DNA of 64,000 nucleotides from Mobula hypostoma (GCF_963921235.1 NC_086108.1:50904001-50968000); one strand, 5' to 3'; shown: positions 1-13,869, numbered from the stretch's first letter. The notes: generated by a model not told the origin, from the letters alone. Translations and numbers: made by a program.

Positions 1-154
1 CACGTTATATATTAATGAGCTGGATAGCAGAATTGATGGCTTTGTGGCAAGTTTGCAGATGATACAAAGAGAGGTGTAGAGGGGCAGGTGTTGTTGGTGA
101 AGCAGGGAGTCCGCAGAACGGCTTGGGCAGGCTAAGAGAATCAGCAAGAAGTGG

Positions 155-725
155 CTTATGGTTTGGTCTGGGTACGAGAGCGAGGAATAAGCTAATGTTT
201 GGCTATTTCTGGAATGCACTTGGAGACAATTCAAAGCAGTAGAACCAAGGGGAGGCAAACGGAGGCGATGCAGAGTCTAGACACCAGGGTTCAGGCCCAA
301 GAATGTATTGAAGCAGCGGGAGCTGCATCTGAGAGCAAGAAACGACCTAAGGTTTGGATGATTTAAGCACTGGGCCAGATTGAAAAGGTCAGGGTGTCGG
401 GGCTGGAGATGAGGCATGGACCGGTTCAGCTTGCTGCTCGGAGAGGTTTACATGTCTCTGCACTGAACTGAGGCTGTGGCCTGCATCTGAATCCACTGCA
501 GCGATGACGGGCTTCATGGCTGTTGACTCACTTTCGTGAACTTCAGTTCTGAATGTTATTTGCTTACCTTTATTACTTACACTTTTTCTGCACATTGGGC
601 GTTTGATGGACTTCTTTTCTTTTAATGGATTCAATTGGGTTTCTTTGTTTTGTGCCTGCCTGTAAGGAGATGAATCCCAAGGTTGTACAAAGTATACAAG
701 TTTTGATAATAAACGTACTTTGAAC
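155..725 (+). mobile_element. Non-coding non-autonomous retroelement inserted in CR1
   Basis: Interrupts the CR1. Ends in gataataaacgtactttgaac, a LINE-like 3' end. Confidence 0.5.
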
Positions 726-1372
726 ATGGAATACCATGTTGGAAAGTGTACAGTCATTCACTTTGGTGGAAGGAATAAATGCATAGACAATTTTCTAAAT
801 GAGGAGCAAATTCAGAAATTGGAAGTGCAAGGGAACTTTGCCTAAAGGTTAACTTGCAGGTTGAGTCATAGTAAGGAAGACAAATGCAATATTAGCATTC
901 ATTTCCAGAGCACTAGAATATAAAAGCAAGGATGTATTGCTGAGGCTTTATAAGGCATTGGTCAGACTGCATTTGGAGCATTCTGGGCAGTTTTGGCCCC
1001 CATATCTGAGAAAGGATCTGCTTGCTGGCATTGGAGAGAGTCCAGAGGAGACTTACAAGTAGGATCTCAGGAATGGCCAGGAATGAAAGAATTAACATAT
1101 GAGCAATATTTGATGGCTGTACTCACTGGAGGTTAGAAGAATGAGGTGGTATCTCATTGAAACCTACTGAATATTGAAAGGCCTAGATAGAGTGGACGTG
1201 GAGAAGATGTTTTCAATAGTGGGAGAGTCTAGGATCAGAGGGGCAGCCTTAGAATGAATGCATGTCCCTTTAGAACAGAGATATGAAAGAATTTTTTTAG
1301 CTAGAGGGTGGTGAATCTGTGGAATTCATTGCCATCGACGGTTGTGGAGGCCAAGTCATTGGGCATATTTCA

Positions 1373-2315
1373 AAGGTTCATTTATTATCAAAGTATATAA
1401 CTCTGAAATTCTTCAATTCTTTGTGTAGCCATGTAACTAAGAAAGAAAAGAATGCATGATCACCAACCTCCAAATCACAGCTCCCTGCAAAAAAAAAAGA
1501 ACAAAAATGTAACAGGCACATTGACCCCCAAATCCCTCTTAGAACACAAAAAAATAAACAAAACACATCAGGCACATTGACCCTCAAATCCCCCTCCCCA
1601 CACAAGAAACCAGGAAAAAAAACACATCATATAAAAATGATAAGACTGAAAAAAAGAGTCTATAGTCAAAGTCCACATCCAAAATGCAGCAAAAACCTGG
1701 GCAACACATCCAGGTGGAGCAGCAAGCTTTCCTGTCTCTGGTACAGAGCAACTGATCAAAAATTAAGCAGCCCTCTGTACTCACTCTAATGCTTCAACCT
1801 CCCTTGTTGTTTTAGTTGGTGAACAATGGAAGCTATAATCAGCAAAATGGAGCCAAGCATCAGCCTCGTGCCCCATCCTGCGGCCTGCCCAATTCAGGGT
1901 TTTTGCATGCTACCTGTCTCCTGAAATCTCCTCAGAGACTGCAGAGTGCTGGAACCCGAACGATATCCAAACTTAGGCACTCACCTTGATGCTTCAATCA
2001 CCTTTCTTGCTTTAATCAGCAAACAACGGAAGCTATAATCAGTGGAATCTGGTCAAACATCGGCTCAGGTGGCATCCTGCAACCTTCTCACCACAAGGTT
2101 CACTCACACTGCCTCCGCCTCTTGGAGCCCTCTCAGAGACTGCAGAGCACGGAAACACCCAAACAATCTCCTAACAGCAAAACACAGGCTCCAACAGTTC
2201 CAGAATCCCATTCAAAACCAGAAACAAATGTAACAAGACATAAAAGAAGTGAAAAAGATGGTTTTATCCAGAAGAAGTCAGCCAAAGGAGCATTGTATGT
2301 AGGCGTCATCTTGAC
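1373..2315 (-). mobile_element. Non-coding non-autonomous retroelement with an internal ~200-bp duplication
   Basis: Minus strand begins caagatgacgcc and ends gataataaatgaacctttgaa. Interrupts the CR1 3' region. Diverged repeat units at about 1789-1975 and 1989-2180. Confidence 0.55.
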
Positions 2316-2699
2316 CAGAAGGTTAACAGGTTCTTGATTCAAGTAGATGTTAATAGGTTCTTGATTAGTAAGGGTGTCAAAGGTTAGGGGGAGGAGGCAG
2401 GAGAATGGAATTGAGAGGAAAAATAAATCAGCCATGATCAAATTGCAAAGGAGGCTCAATGGGCTGAATGGCCTTATTGTTTTATTGATACTGCTTTAAA
2501 TTAAGGAGGTTTTGCATTCACTTTGGTTTAAACCAAGGTCCAGTCATCGCTGAGTTAATTCAATTGGCCCGCCTTCCAGACGAGTGCATGTTACCAGTGT
2601 TGGTTTTTACTAATCCCAGATACAAAACAACACGAGTGAAACAGGACCCTGATTACCTACTTCATACTTAATTAAAAGTGATGACAAATGTTATCTTTC

Positions 2700-4030
2700 G
2701 TGCTATCAAGCGACACTCACTCTTCAATAATTGGCTCACCAATGCCTAAGTTTCAACCCATCCAGAGGTGAGATGAGGTGAGAATGACTGGTCTCAACAT
2801 TAAGGAAGAATTAGATTGAGAGTGTCATCTAGGAGTCCTGGTAAAATTAAAGTCAGTTGGAATCCCAAAGGACAAATGTTCCAAAGATAGAAATCATTTG
2901 ATACTGAAGGGAAGATGTTTGTGGTTGTTGAAGGCCAGTCGTCCCAACCCCAAAAACTCATTGCAGGAGCCCTCAGGAAAGCACCCCAGACCAATCAACC
3001 TCAGCTACTTCATCAGTGAGCCTCCTTTTATCATAACGTCAGAAGCAGCTATGTTTTATGATGATTGTACTGTGTTCAATGCCACATTGAAGTCCTCAGT
3101 GAATGAAATGGACAATGCCTGCAAATAGCAAGACCTAAACATTCAGCGCTGATATGTGGCAAGTAAAATTCACATCAGAAAAGTGCCAGTCAACAACTAT
3201 ATCCAACAAGGAGTCTAATGATTGAGTTTGGCATTCAATGACATTACTATCTTTGAGTCTCTCTCATGATCAACATCCTGGGGTTACTGTTGACCAGAAA
3301 CTCAAATGAACCAGCCAAATAAATACTAGTCAGAGACTGGATATCTTGTAGTGACTAACTCGCCTTCTGACACCACAGACTTTTCCATTATCTTCAAATC
3401 ATGTCTGAAGCGTAATAGAATTCTCTCCACTTTCCTGGATCAGATCAAGTCTCTCAACCTTAGGATGTTTGCCAACATCCATACTGCTTGATTGCCATCT
3501 TATTCATCATCTTAAACATTTGTTCCTTCCTCCGACAGTATGTAGTGTTTACAGTATGGCCATCTACAAAATGCACTCCTAATTACACTGATAACACTTC
3601 CCAAACTTGCCGGTGGGGGTAGGGGGGAACCTTAGGGGTTCTAACATTTAACTGTCGTTCATTCTTTGGGGCATTCCTCTGTTTTTGTGGATATTTGCGA
3701 AGAAAAAGCATTTCAGGATGTATATTGTATACATTTCTCTGACATTAAATTGGACCTTTGAACCTTTGACCTTCTGACCTCTAACATCAAGAAGGCAAAA
3801 GCAATTAGTGAATGGAAAATCCATCTCCTGCAGATTACCCCATAAATTTTGCACTACCCTAACTTTTCAATATACTGTTATTCTTTTATTATGGCTGGAC
3901 TCAAATCCTGGAACTTTTCAATAGCATAATGAGAATACTCAAAAAAGCAGCTCATCACCACCTCAGGGACAATTAGGGGAATAAATGTGGGTTGTATCAT
4001 AATGTGCTGATCTCAAATAAATGAATTTAA
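2700..4030 (+). mobile_element. Old CR1/L2-group LINE 3' remnant
   Basis: Decayed RT C-terminal text (ggggttactgttgaccagaaactc) and a 3' end ggacaattaggggaataaatg. Heavily mutated. Confidence 0.5.
3612..3770 (+). mobile_element. 5'-truncated copy of the 51743-52487 retroelement
   Basis: Near-identical to about 52345-52487; ends in a (cctttgaa)2 tail. Confidence 0.8.
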
Positions 4031-4734
4031 AAAAAGGATAGATAGCGACAAATCATTAAGATCCTACGTTGCAGATAAAGTGAAAAAATAAATCAGGTTT
4101 ATGTAAAGGCAAGGCCACCACAAGGTTTTAAAGTAGAGTCAGGAAGAATGGAAATAAGTGGATATGACATTCAGCCTTTAAGTCTTTCCTATTCTTGTAA
4201 AATAATTAATAATGAGATATGGTCAGAATATTCTGTTGCAATTAGGATGTGATCTCCAAAGGCTCTTACCCTGTTAACTTAAGAAACTGCATTTTCTGCT
4301 TTCTAAACTTATGTAATAATTAAACACCAGGTATACAATAGCTATGATTTTGCATCATGCTTCCAGCTTTTTGAGGTAACTGCAGCATTTTACTGTGAAA
4401 GTAAACCTTACTTAACGGAGACTTCCATACATCGGCCATTTGCTAATTGAATAGAAAAACACTCTCAAGTTAAAATATTGATATCAATATTACTTGGATG
4501 GTTGATTTCATGGCAATTAAGTTTACTTAGTTTCTGTGATATATAACATGAGATTGTTACTGATTAATGATAATATTCAGATTAATTTGAAGAGGATTTT
4601 GCATGACCATAATGTATAACTATGGCAAATATTTCATATTAAGAAATCTGATTGTGAAAACAGAATGTATATTAGGTGCCTCTCAAATGTGGCAAACTAT
4701 AACAGATACTAGTGCTCTGATTGATGATCAGAAG

Positions 4735-5250
4735 CAGAATAGGTTTAGTATCACTGGCACATGTCATGAAATATGTTGTTTTGCAGCAACAGTACATTGC
4801 CATACATAATAAAAAAAACTATAAATTACAATAAGTATATACAACGTAAGTAGTGCAAACAGAGAGGAAGAAAATAGTAAGGCAGTGTTTATGGGTTCAT
4901 TGTCAATTCAGAAATCTGATGGTGGAGGGGGAAAATGCTGTTCCTGAAATGTTGAATGTGTGTCTTCAGGCTCCTGTACCTCCTCCTTGATGGTGGTAAT
5001 GAGAAGAGGGCATGTCCTGAAAGATGGATGCCACCTTCCTGAGGCATTGCCTTTTGAAGTGCCCTTGATGCTGGAGAGGCTAGTGTCCATGATGGAGATG
5101 GCTGAATTGGCAACTTCCTGCAGCTTTTTCTGATCCTGTGCAGTGGCCCACCCATACCAGACAGTGATGCTACCAGTTCGAATGCTCTCCATGGTAGATC
5201 TGTAGCAATCTGTGGGAGTCTGATGACATACTAAATTGTTTCAAACTCCT
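4735..5250 (-). mobile_element. Rex1/Babar-type LINE 3' fragment
   Basis: ESIRTGSITVWYG and PSRRRYRSLKTH..FRNS remnants; homologous to about 41820-42350. Confidence 0.75.
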
Positions 5251-7799
5251 AAGGATTCTATTCTAAGTCTGAGAAGTTAGTGATTGCAGCGCTCAAGGAT
5301 CAATCAAGAATATGGCTTCTTATTTTTGCAGCGCTACTTGCTGAGACTCGTGACTTTGACTGAGAAGCATCAGTGAGCCACCTTGGGAGATTGAGTTCCA
5401 TCAGTGCAGGTACGCAAGAAAATCTAAAGGCAAATAAATAATCTGATAGGAAATCACTTCAGTCATTTTGTGAATAGTATCTTTCTTTTCAAAAGTGTTC
5501 TATGTAAAGTTATAATGTTCATCCAGTCTCTCCACCTTTAAAAAAGCTGATGGTTCCTATTACATTTGTTGTGTTTATTGTGAAATGAATAACTTCTTTA
5601 ATTGAGTGTAAATGGAACATCTCCCCAGAGCAAATACTGTCACAACTGTGTTAAACAGTTATATTTTGGGCTGACACATTGCATCTTTTATACCTTGCCC
5701 CCTATCCAAACCATCTCACTCCTATTAGTGACCTCAACAACATACAGTAAATCAAAATACCTTGCTCCAGTAAGGATTTCCAAGTAAAACTGCTTTCAAG
5801 CAAATAAAGACAGCTTTTAAAAAAATGAATCAACATCTTTCAGAACATGAGTTTGTGTAATGGGGTTGTAAAACAATTTGTGGAGTCATGTTCACTATTA
5901 CCTCCGGCCAATTGGACTGTCACATCATGGAGACAAACTAAAGGAAAATAACTGGTTATGACATACTGTAATTTGATGAGGGGCAAACACCCAGAGCTCC
6001 ATAACCAATCTCTTCAACTTACATTGACTCACCTGTCAGAGCCTTTCAAGCTGGTTCTGTTTATCTTTTTAAAACTTCAGTTTTCCAGGATTTTCTTCCT
6101 TTTATTTTTTTCACTTTAATGTACACTCACCAAGACACTTGAATGTACAACGTTTATGTAGAAAATTCAACAGTCAAGTCTATCAGCGCTTATAATTCCC
6201 TCACAAAAATTATTCGTTGATGGTGTGTAATGTTATTTTGGAAATGACTGCAGTGAGGATGTTACATCAGAACGTCTGTTACAATAAACACAAATATTTA
6301 CCCCTAAACTAGATGCAAAAGGGAAAAGCCAATCGGGAAAATAGTTCTTACTATCCTTACACTGTATCGTTCAAGTATTCCTTATGTGTTTCCATTGAGT
6401 TTATCGGGAAGTTAAAGTTTAGATAATGCAAGAGTAAGTATATTAGTAAAGATGTGAAGGAGAGAAGACTGACAAAAGAAGAAAGAGAGAGAATCAAGGA
6501 GATGGATAAGAAGAGGAAGCATGCAAGAGAAGTGTAAGAAAAAAGAGTGAAAATGTGGCAGAAAGGAGCATAGAGCAAAAAGGGAAAGAGAAAAAGTTGA
6601 AAATAGAAACAAATTGAGGTGATCAAAATAAAATAATAAATAGAGAGAAGGTATGTAATAATTGTGCAAAGGCAGACATCACCAAGGGACTAGAGATATA
6701 TTAGATTGTTTACTGTTACAGCTAATCCATTAACACTCCATCAACCTACATACACTTCATCACATCTGACAGGTGCATTTGTCAACAGGTATAGTCTAAT
6801 TTGAAGTATTCAATCTGCTTTAGTCAGATTGATTAATTTTAAGTGCATGACGTTGTGGGTTAGTGAGAAAAGACACCACAAATCCCTGGAATTGTGCAGC
6901 TTGTAGTCACTGCTCACTCTCACTCTCCATCTTTCCATACTCTCAGCATACCATATTAATTTTCTTCTATTTCTTAGAGCACTTGTTTTAAATTATTGAC
7001 TTCTTTAATGTTCTGAATGGATATTTGCTACTAATACATTTTCTAAAACATACTAATAAAAGACAAAAATATGTGACTACATTATGTAAGGAATATTTGT
7101 AGGTATTTAAAAATGGCCTGAAGGGAACATTTGTCTATCGTCTGAGAAGTACAGAAGGTTTTTGAATAAGATAGAGAAGTAACTCTACACCATAGTTCTA
7201 GACATAACCAAGGCAGAGACAAGGCACAAACTTAGTGTTCGAGAAAATATCACTAGAACAGGTGGTAGAACCAGAAAACTTCATACACTATGTAGATAAC
7301 AGCAGGGTGTCAAAGAACCACACAAGCGATTTGCACAACTCACTCAGTACTAATCTAAAATTCTTATTCTGTACGGACTTCTAACTTAAAGAGGCTGATA
7401 TACAAAAATGAAGAAATAATGCTTTATTGTACAAATTTTTAATCAGACCTCATTTGGAGTACGGTGCTCAGTTCTGATCTCTGAAAAGATTTGCAGGCCT
7501 GGTAAATAGTATTAGCTCAGAGCTACTAGATTGGGAGTGAAGATTAAAGCCTTCAAATGTGATCCCAGGTTCGATAAAGTAGTTTGTATTTTAAGCTTCG
7601 AAGGCAGATGGCACTCCAATCATCGTCAGTCCTCTTGGTCATCTCTTCAACATTGTCAGTAAATGATTTTCCATTCTTAAACAGTTCTTGATTTCTAAGT
7701 GCAAATAAATCTGGTCTCTTGGAATCACTTCCAATTACATCCCATCACTGATACATGGTTCACTGGTCTGTACTTCTATGGGTAATCCCTGCTCCCTTA

Positions 7800-10090
7800 A
7801 CTAAAGGTACAACATTGGCAGTCATGCAGTATCTCAACTATGACTAACTAAGATAGGAAAATATCTAACAGGGCCTCAGAAATCTCCTCCTTACTTTCCA
7901 CCACATTTTAGGAAACACTTGGTCAGTCCTCAGGGATTAATCCACCCCTATGCATTTCAAATCCTCTACCACCTCTGCTTCATAATGTTAATCTGTTCCG
8001 GGATATCACTGTTCACTCCCCTGAACTCACTAACTTCTGTGTCCTTCTCCATTGGAAATACCAAGTGAAAATTTTACATTTAAGACTTTGTCCATCAGAT
8101 GAGCTACTAAGGGAGGTAAAAATGGTTACTAATCAGGGAGAATGTCACAGCTACATTCAAAGAAGACATAGTGTAGGGCTCATCTACTGAGGCAGTATGG
8201 GTGGAACTCAGAAGTAAGAAAGGTGCAATCACTCGCATTAGGATAATATAGACCTTCCAATAGCCACAAGGAGATGGACGAACAGACAGAGGAAAGACAT
8301 AAAAGAAACAGTATTGTTGTAATGAGTGACTTTAGTTTCCCCAATATTGACTGACATTTCCTTGGTGCAGGGGGTTCAGATGGGGTAGATTTTCTTTGGT
8401 GCATTCATGAGAGTTTCTTGAAACGATACCTGGATAGTCCAACCAGAGGAGAGACCATACTGGACCTTGATTTGTGTGTTGAGCCTGGCTAGGTCATAGG
8501 CCTTTCAGTCAGGTGCACTTTGGGAACCGCGATCTCAGCTCTTTAGGTTTAAGACAGTTATGAATAACAATAACTCTGGACCTGTAAAGTACTAAACTGG
8601 GGGGGGGGGGGGAGTAAATTACAACATTATTATACATGATATTATTTGAGAACAACTGTTATCAGGCAAATCCACATCTGACATGAAGGAGTTGTTTAAA
8701 AACCAAGGAGGCAGAACAAGGATGGAAGAACGACAGATGATGGGGAGGTTAAGAATATAGTCAATAATGACTACAAGCAATAATGAGACAGGGCCCCTGC
8801 AGAAAAGAAAGCAGGAAAGAACTTAAACAGCGGATCAGAAGGGCCAAAATAAATCGTGAAATTAGCAAGTCTTTAGCAAGTAGGATTAAGGAAAATCCCA
8901 AGGCATTTTATTAGAAATAAGAGGATAACTAGGGAGAAGGTTGGATCATTCAATGACAAAGGGGGGAATTTATGCTTGGAGTCAGAGAACATGGATAAGG
9001 TGCTAAATATTCTCAAAGACATGAGGAACACTGTGAGGAGTATGGTGCATGCTAATAGGTTAGGGCATTTTGAGATCAAGGAGGAGGTGTCACTGCATCT
9101 GTTGAAAGGCATCAGGGTGGTTAAGTCCCCAGGCCCTGATGACATTTATCCCAGGTTATCAAAAGGAGCAAGAAAGAAGATTGCGGGGAACTTGACAAAG
9201 ATCTTTATTACCTCACTTACAGAGAGGGTCCCAAAAAATGGAGAGTGGCCAATGTTGTTCCCTTGTTCAAGAAGAGAAATATGGATAATCCTATAAATAA
9301 TAGGTCAGTAAGCTTACATCAGAGAAGCCATTGGAGAGGATTCTTAAGGGTAGGGTTTCTGTGCTGATTAGGCCCAAATCTGTTCCAATATCTTATGGAA
9401 AGTATACAGTTAAGGGTAAGACCCTCAACAGCATTGATGTTCAGAGTGATCTTGGAGTTCAAGTCCATAGCTCACTGAAAGTGGCCGCACAATAGGTAGG
9501 GTGATAAAGAAGGCCTACAGCATTTTTGACTTCACTGGTCAGAGCACTGAGTATAAGAATAAGAAAGTCATGATGCAGCTATATAAAACTTTGATTAGGC
9601 CACATTTTGGAGCATCGCGTGCAGCTCTGATTGTTCAATCACATGCAGGATGCAAAGGCTTTGGAAAGGATGCAGAAGAGGTTTGCCAAGATGTTGCCTA
9701 GATTAGAAGGTGTGAACTATAAGGAGACAAGCTTGGTTTGTTTTCTCTGAGCATCAGAAGCTGGATGGATAATAGATAATATGAAATTTTGAGAGGCATT
9801 GATACGGTGGACAGTTGGCATCTTTTTCCTAGGGTAGAAATCGAATATATATTTAAAGAGGAAAATTTTAAAGGAGATGTGTGGGGCAAATTTTTTTATA
9901 CAGAGAATGGAAGGCCTGTCAGGAGCAATGCTGGAAGCAGGTATGAAAGTGGTATTTAGTAAGTTTTAGGTCCATGCAGAGTATGGAAGGATTGATCATA
10001 CACTGGCTGAAGAGATTTACTTTAATTTGCTATCATGTTCAGCATGGACATTGTGATCCAAAGGGTCTGCTGTTGTGCTGTACTCTTCTG
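7800..10090. mobile_element. Degenerate CR1 ORF2 remnants (minus fragment about 7800-8095, plus fragment about 8110-10090)
   Basis: KSPGPDDIYPR, EYKNKKVMMQLYKTLIRPH remnants and a CR1-type 3' end near 10085. Confidence 0.75.
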
Positions 10091-10299
10091 AGTTATTCTT
10101 TAAAATCACTTTTCATTTTAAATGTCAAATTATGACACTGAACATTTCACATGTTTGTCAGGAATTATGTTCAAAGACAAAACATTCATGCATTAATTAT
10201 TTTAAAAACAAATTGTCGCTTGCTGGCAGTGCCTTTTGTTGAAAAGGTAGTGCAACCTATATGTTGTCATGTGAATGATGAGATTACCTTATGATTTTA

Positions 10300-10504
10300 C
10301 ATCAAGCAGTAGTAAATCAAGGCAACTGTACTCACTGGTAAACCTGTACAGTTTATAAACCGGAAAGCTACCCACCATGGATCAGACTGAAGAAGCCTCT
10401 CGGATCAGTGGTGAAACATCTTCTAGACACCACAGCAAGTCCAGTTACCTTGATTTACTACTGCTTGATATACGATGACCTGAATGACTGAGAACCTTCG
10501 TTGA
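10300..10504 (+). mobile_element. 205-bp Penelope-like mini element with inverted repeat and hammerhead-like motif
   Basis: 12-bp TSD CTTATGATTTTA (10288-10299 and 10505-10516). 27/28 inverted repeat at 10301-10328 vs 10442-10469. CTGAAGA...GAAACATC at about 10387-10420. Confidence 0.75.
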
Positions 10505-11446
10505 CTTATGATTTTATGTTAAAAGTTCAATAGCGACTATGCCTTTAATGCAGTCAGTACATCTATCAATGAACTTTATGTCTAAGTTGTCATGCAGAGA
10601 TTTGCTAATAAGGTTTCACAGTTGCAGACTGCTGACATTATTGGCCATTCAGATGGACCTACTCTGTTCCTTTCCTTGCCGCCTTTAATTGTGCTCATTT
10701 GCAAATCTAGTCCTTTTGAAATGAAGTGATAGTTAGTCTCAGTTATCATTGGAGTTTAAAGTAATCTATGTATGAACAATCTCTAATAATCTCCACATAT
10801 TTGCTAACCATTACCAGGCTAATGTTAAAGGACAGACTGACTGAATGTACTTTCAAGCGGAGTTATTTGACTGACTGCCTCTTGTACTGAGATTGAGAAG
10901 AAAATAATTTCAGTGATTGTGTTAAATCAGTTTGTGCACCAAAGTAGTTGCACAGCTCTTTACTAGACTGGCAACAATAATGCAAGTGAATCCCTTGACG
11001 ATCTGGTCACCTGTGAACTCTCTGGGCACTGGATACATAGGGTTAACCCACTTTGCAACACAACCACACAGCATAAGGACACCAGTACTGTGGATGGCAT
11101 GAGGACCAGATGATGTTGATATTCAACAAATTGAGTGGAAGTTTTGGAGCTTAATAAGACTTAACATCTAGAAATAAGTTTGCACTGGCCCACATCTTGC
11201 CAGCAGTAAAGATGACAAGAATAAGCGCATTTAACCTAATACCAGGATAACTGGATAGACTGACCTATATGATGCTCCTGATGTCACAAATGATTTTCCA
11301 GCTTATCCCCTGTTGGTCTAATAGCATTAAGTATTCAGTCCTAATTGTGCAAGATTGTGCTTGCACCTGGTGGTGTAATGGGTATTGAGTGAAAATACAT
11401 TTACATAGTACCTAAATATTTGAGCGCTTTAATGATTTGGAAAAGG

Positions 11447-11590
11447 TAGAGAGGGAGGTGAGGGAGAGGGAGGTGAGAGAGCGGGGGGGGGTTAGGGAGA
11501 GGAGGTGAGGGGTGAGGGAGGGGGGAGGGAGAGAGGGATGAGGGGGAGGGGCTGAGGGAGGGGGGAGAGGGAGGTGAGAGAGGGAGAGTG
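11447..11590 (+). repeat. G/A-rich low-complexity tract (GAGG/GGGA-like)
   Basis: Near-pure purine run with many G tracts, directly visible. Confidence 0.9.
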
Positions 11591-11699
11591 TGTGTGTAAG
11601 GGGTTGTATTATTAATCAGGGACAATAACACAAGCTGCATGCAGAGGGGACATCACTCACTGTGCACACAGATAGAACTGAAGAATAAGAAAGGTTCCA

Positions 11700-13620
11700 T
11701 CACGTTGATGGGAGTATGAGTATACTTCAGACTCACAAATGCCTCTGGGACGTGGATGAATGGAAATGCAGAAAGATTAGGGAAAATGCAAAAACATGGC
11801 TATTGTAGTGAGTGACTTCAGCATCTCTAATATAGACTCAGACCACATTTCAAGAGGTTTAGATGCAGCAGAACTTGTTAGGTGCATCCAGGAATGTTTT
11901 TAAATCAATATGTAGTGGAGGAGCCATATTGGACTTGCTGTTGGGAAATTAACCTGGCCAAGGTGACTTGCTTTCAGTTTGAGAAAAGAGAACAGTGACC
12001 ATAACTCCTTTAAATGTGAGTAAGAACATTGTGGAAGAATATGAAATTGGAACAGGAGAAATTTGGAAACAGGTTTATTATCACTGTCTTATATATAAAG
12101 TTGTTGTTTTGCATCAGTACTATAGTGCAAAGACATGAATTTAGCCTCAGTTACAAAATGAATACCAAAGAAAGAAGAAATGAGTAGGGTTCATGGGCTT
12201 GTCAGAAATTTGATAGCAGAGGTGAAGCCGCTGTTTCTGAATCATTGAGTATGGGTCTTTGAGCTGCTGTAGCTCCTCCCTGTTAGTAGTAACAAGGCAT
12301 CTTTCAGATGGTGAGAGCCCTTAGTAATGGATGACATCTTCTTGAGGCATCACTTCTTAAAGATGTCCTCGATGACAGGGAGGTTGTGAGCATGTTGAAG
12401 CTGGCTGTGTCTATGACACTGTGCAGCCTTGCAATCCAGTGCCTTCAATAGCAGTCTGGGAAACAACCAGTTAGAATGTTCTCCACCATAAATCTGGGAA
12501 ACAATCCAGTGCCTTCAATAGCAGTCTGGGAAACAATCGGTTAGAATGTTCTCCACCATAAATCCATAAAAACTTGCAAGTCTTTGACTGCATACCAAAT
12601 CTCCCGAAATTCCTAACAAATTAGTTTTTGGGGAACTTTCTTTATTGTTGAATTGTGTGTTTGGCCCAGGATAGATTCGCTGAGAAGTCCACACCCAGGA
12701 ACTTGAAGATGCTCACCCTTTGCACAACTGACCCCTCAATGAGAACTGGTGTGAGTTCTCTTAATCTCCCCTTTAATGAAGGCCACAATCAATTTCTTAG
12801 TTTTGCTCATGTTAAATAAGAGGTTGTTGTTGTGACACTACTCAACCAGCAAATCTATCTTATTCCTGTATGCCTCCTCACCACCATCTGAGCTCTTACA
12901 ATTGTGTCACCTGCAAATTTATAGATGTCATCTGAACTATGATGAGCCACACAGTCAAGAGAGTAGAGCAGTGTGCTATGCATGCATATTCGAGCTACAC
13001 CTCAGTTGTTAGGAACTAGTGAATTTTATAAAGCTGTTTTTGGGCAAGTCCACATCTGGCATGGAGGGTTTTTAAAGATCAGCTGTACAAAGTACAGGAT
13101 GGATACCTTTCAGGAGGACAAGGATGACAAGAAAAAGAGCCTACATAAGGTTAGGAAGCTAAAAAAAAAAATCAAATGGAGCCCTCGAGGATTATAAAGC
13201 TAGAACTCATGAAGACAAATAGAACAGCTGGTAGGAGGAACATGAAAAGCCCTTGGTAAGTAGGGTTGAAGAAGACCCCAAGGTATTCTATGCATACATC
13301 AAAGGTAAAAGCTTAACTAGCAAGGGGTTTGGACTATTGAAGATTAAAGGAGGGAACATGTGCTTGGAGGCAGAGATCCTAAATAAGTAATTTGCATCAG
13401 TATTTACCAAGGAGAAGGATATGGAGGAAAATGAGATGAGTATGGAGCATGGTTAAGTTTGGTTAAGAATACCAAGCAGGATAAGTCTCCAGGGCCTTTT
13501 GGGATATACTCCAAGTTATTCAAAACAGCAAGAAATTAGATTGTTAGGGCCTTGACTAAGATCATTCTGCTTTCTTTAGCTACAAGTGAGGCCCTGATGA
13601 GCTAGTGAAGGAAGAAAGGA
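11700..13620. mobile_element. Degenerate CR1 remnant (+) interrupted by a Rex1-type fragment (-, about 12070-12990)
   Basis: CR1 endonuclease-region remnants resembling 29100-30170. The inner fragment is homologous to 41820-42660 and starts with acaggtttattatcactg. Confidence 0.6.
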
Positions 13621-13869
13621 ATGGCAAGCTTATACTGATTGGTTACAATGGGAGGAGCTTCATTGCTAGGAAAATCCATTAATCCTGGTTACCACCTTAT
13701 CTTGGTCAATCTCTAATTCTTATATTCATAAAAGTATGGCATGTATTAAATGCCTGTTATGCTTATTAGTAATCACAAGAGGGCAAACTTATTCTACGTT
13801 CATCAATGTTCTCTCGTAAGCAGCATTTAAGTTGCTTTCCATGCTTTTCTTTCTAGTCACCAAGATTCC

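Larger units (their letters stand above)
1..2490 (+). mobile_element. Degenerate CR1 LINE 3' region, split by two younger insertions (segments about 1-155, 726-1372, 2330-2490)
   Basis: FADDTK-like RT remnant, LEYKSKDVLLRLYKALVR-type region and the CR1 3' UTR (gggctgaatggcct) shared with other copies in the window. Confidence 0.8.

Noticed and set aside
6357..6669. Hydrophobic F/L/S-rich ORFs resembling membrane proteins
   Set aside because: Artefact of translating the complement of a purine-rich low-complexity tract.
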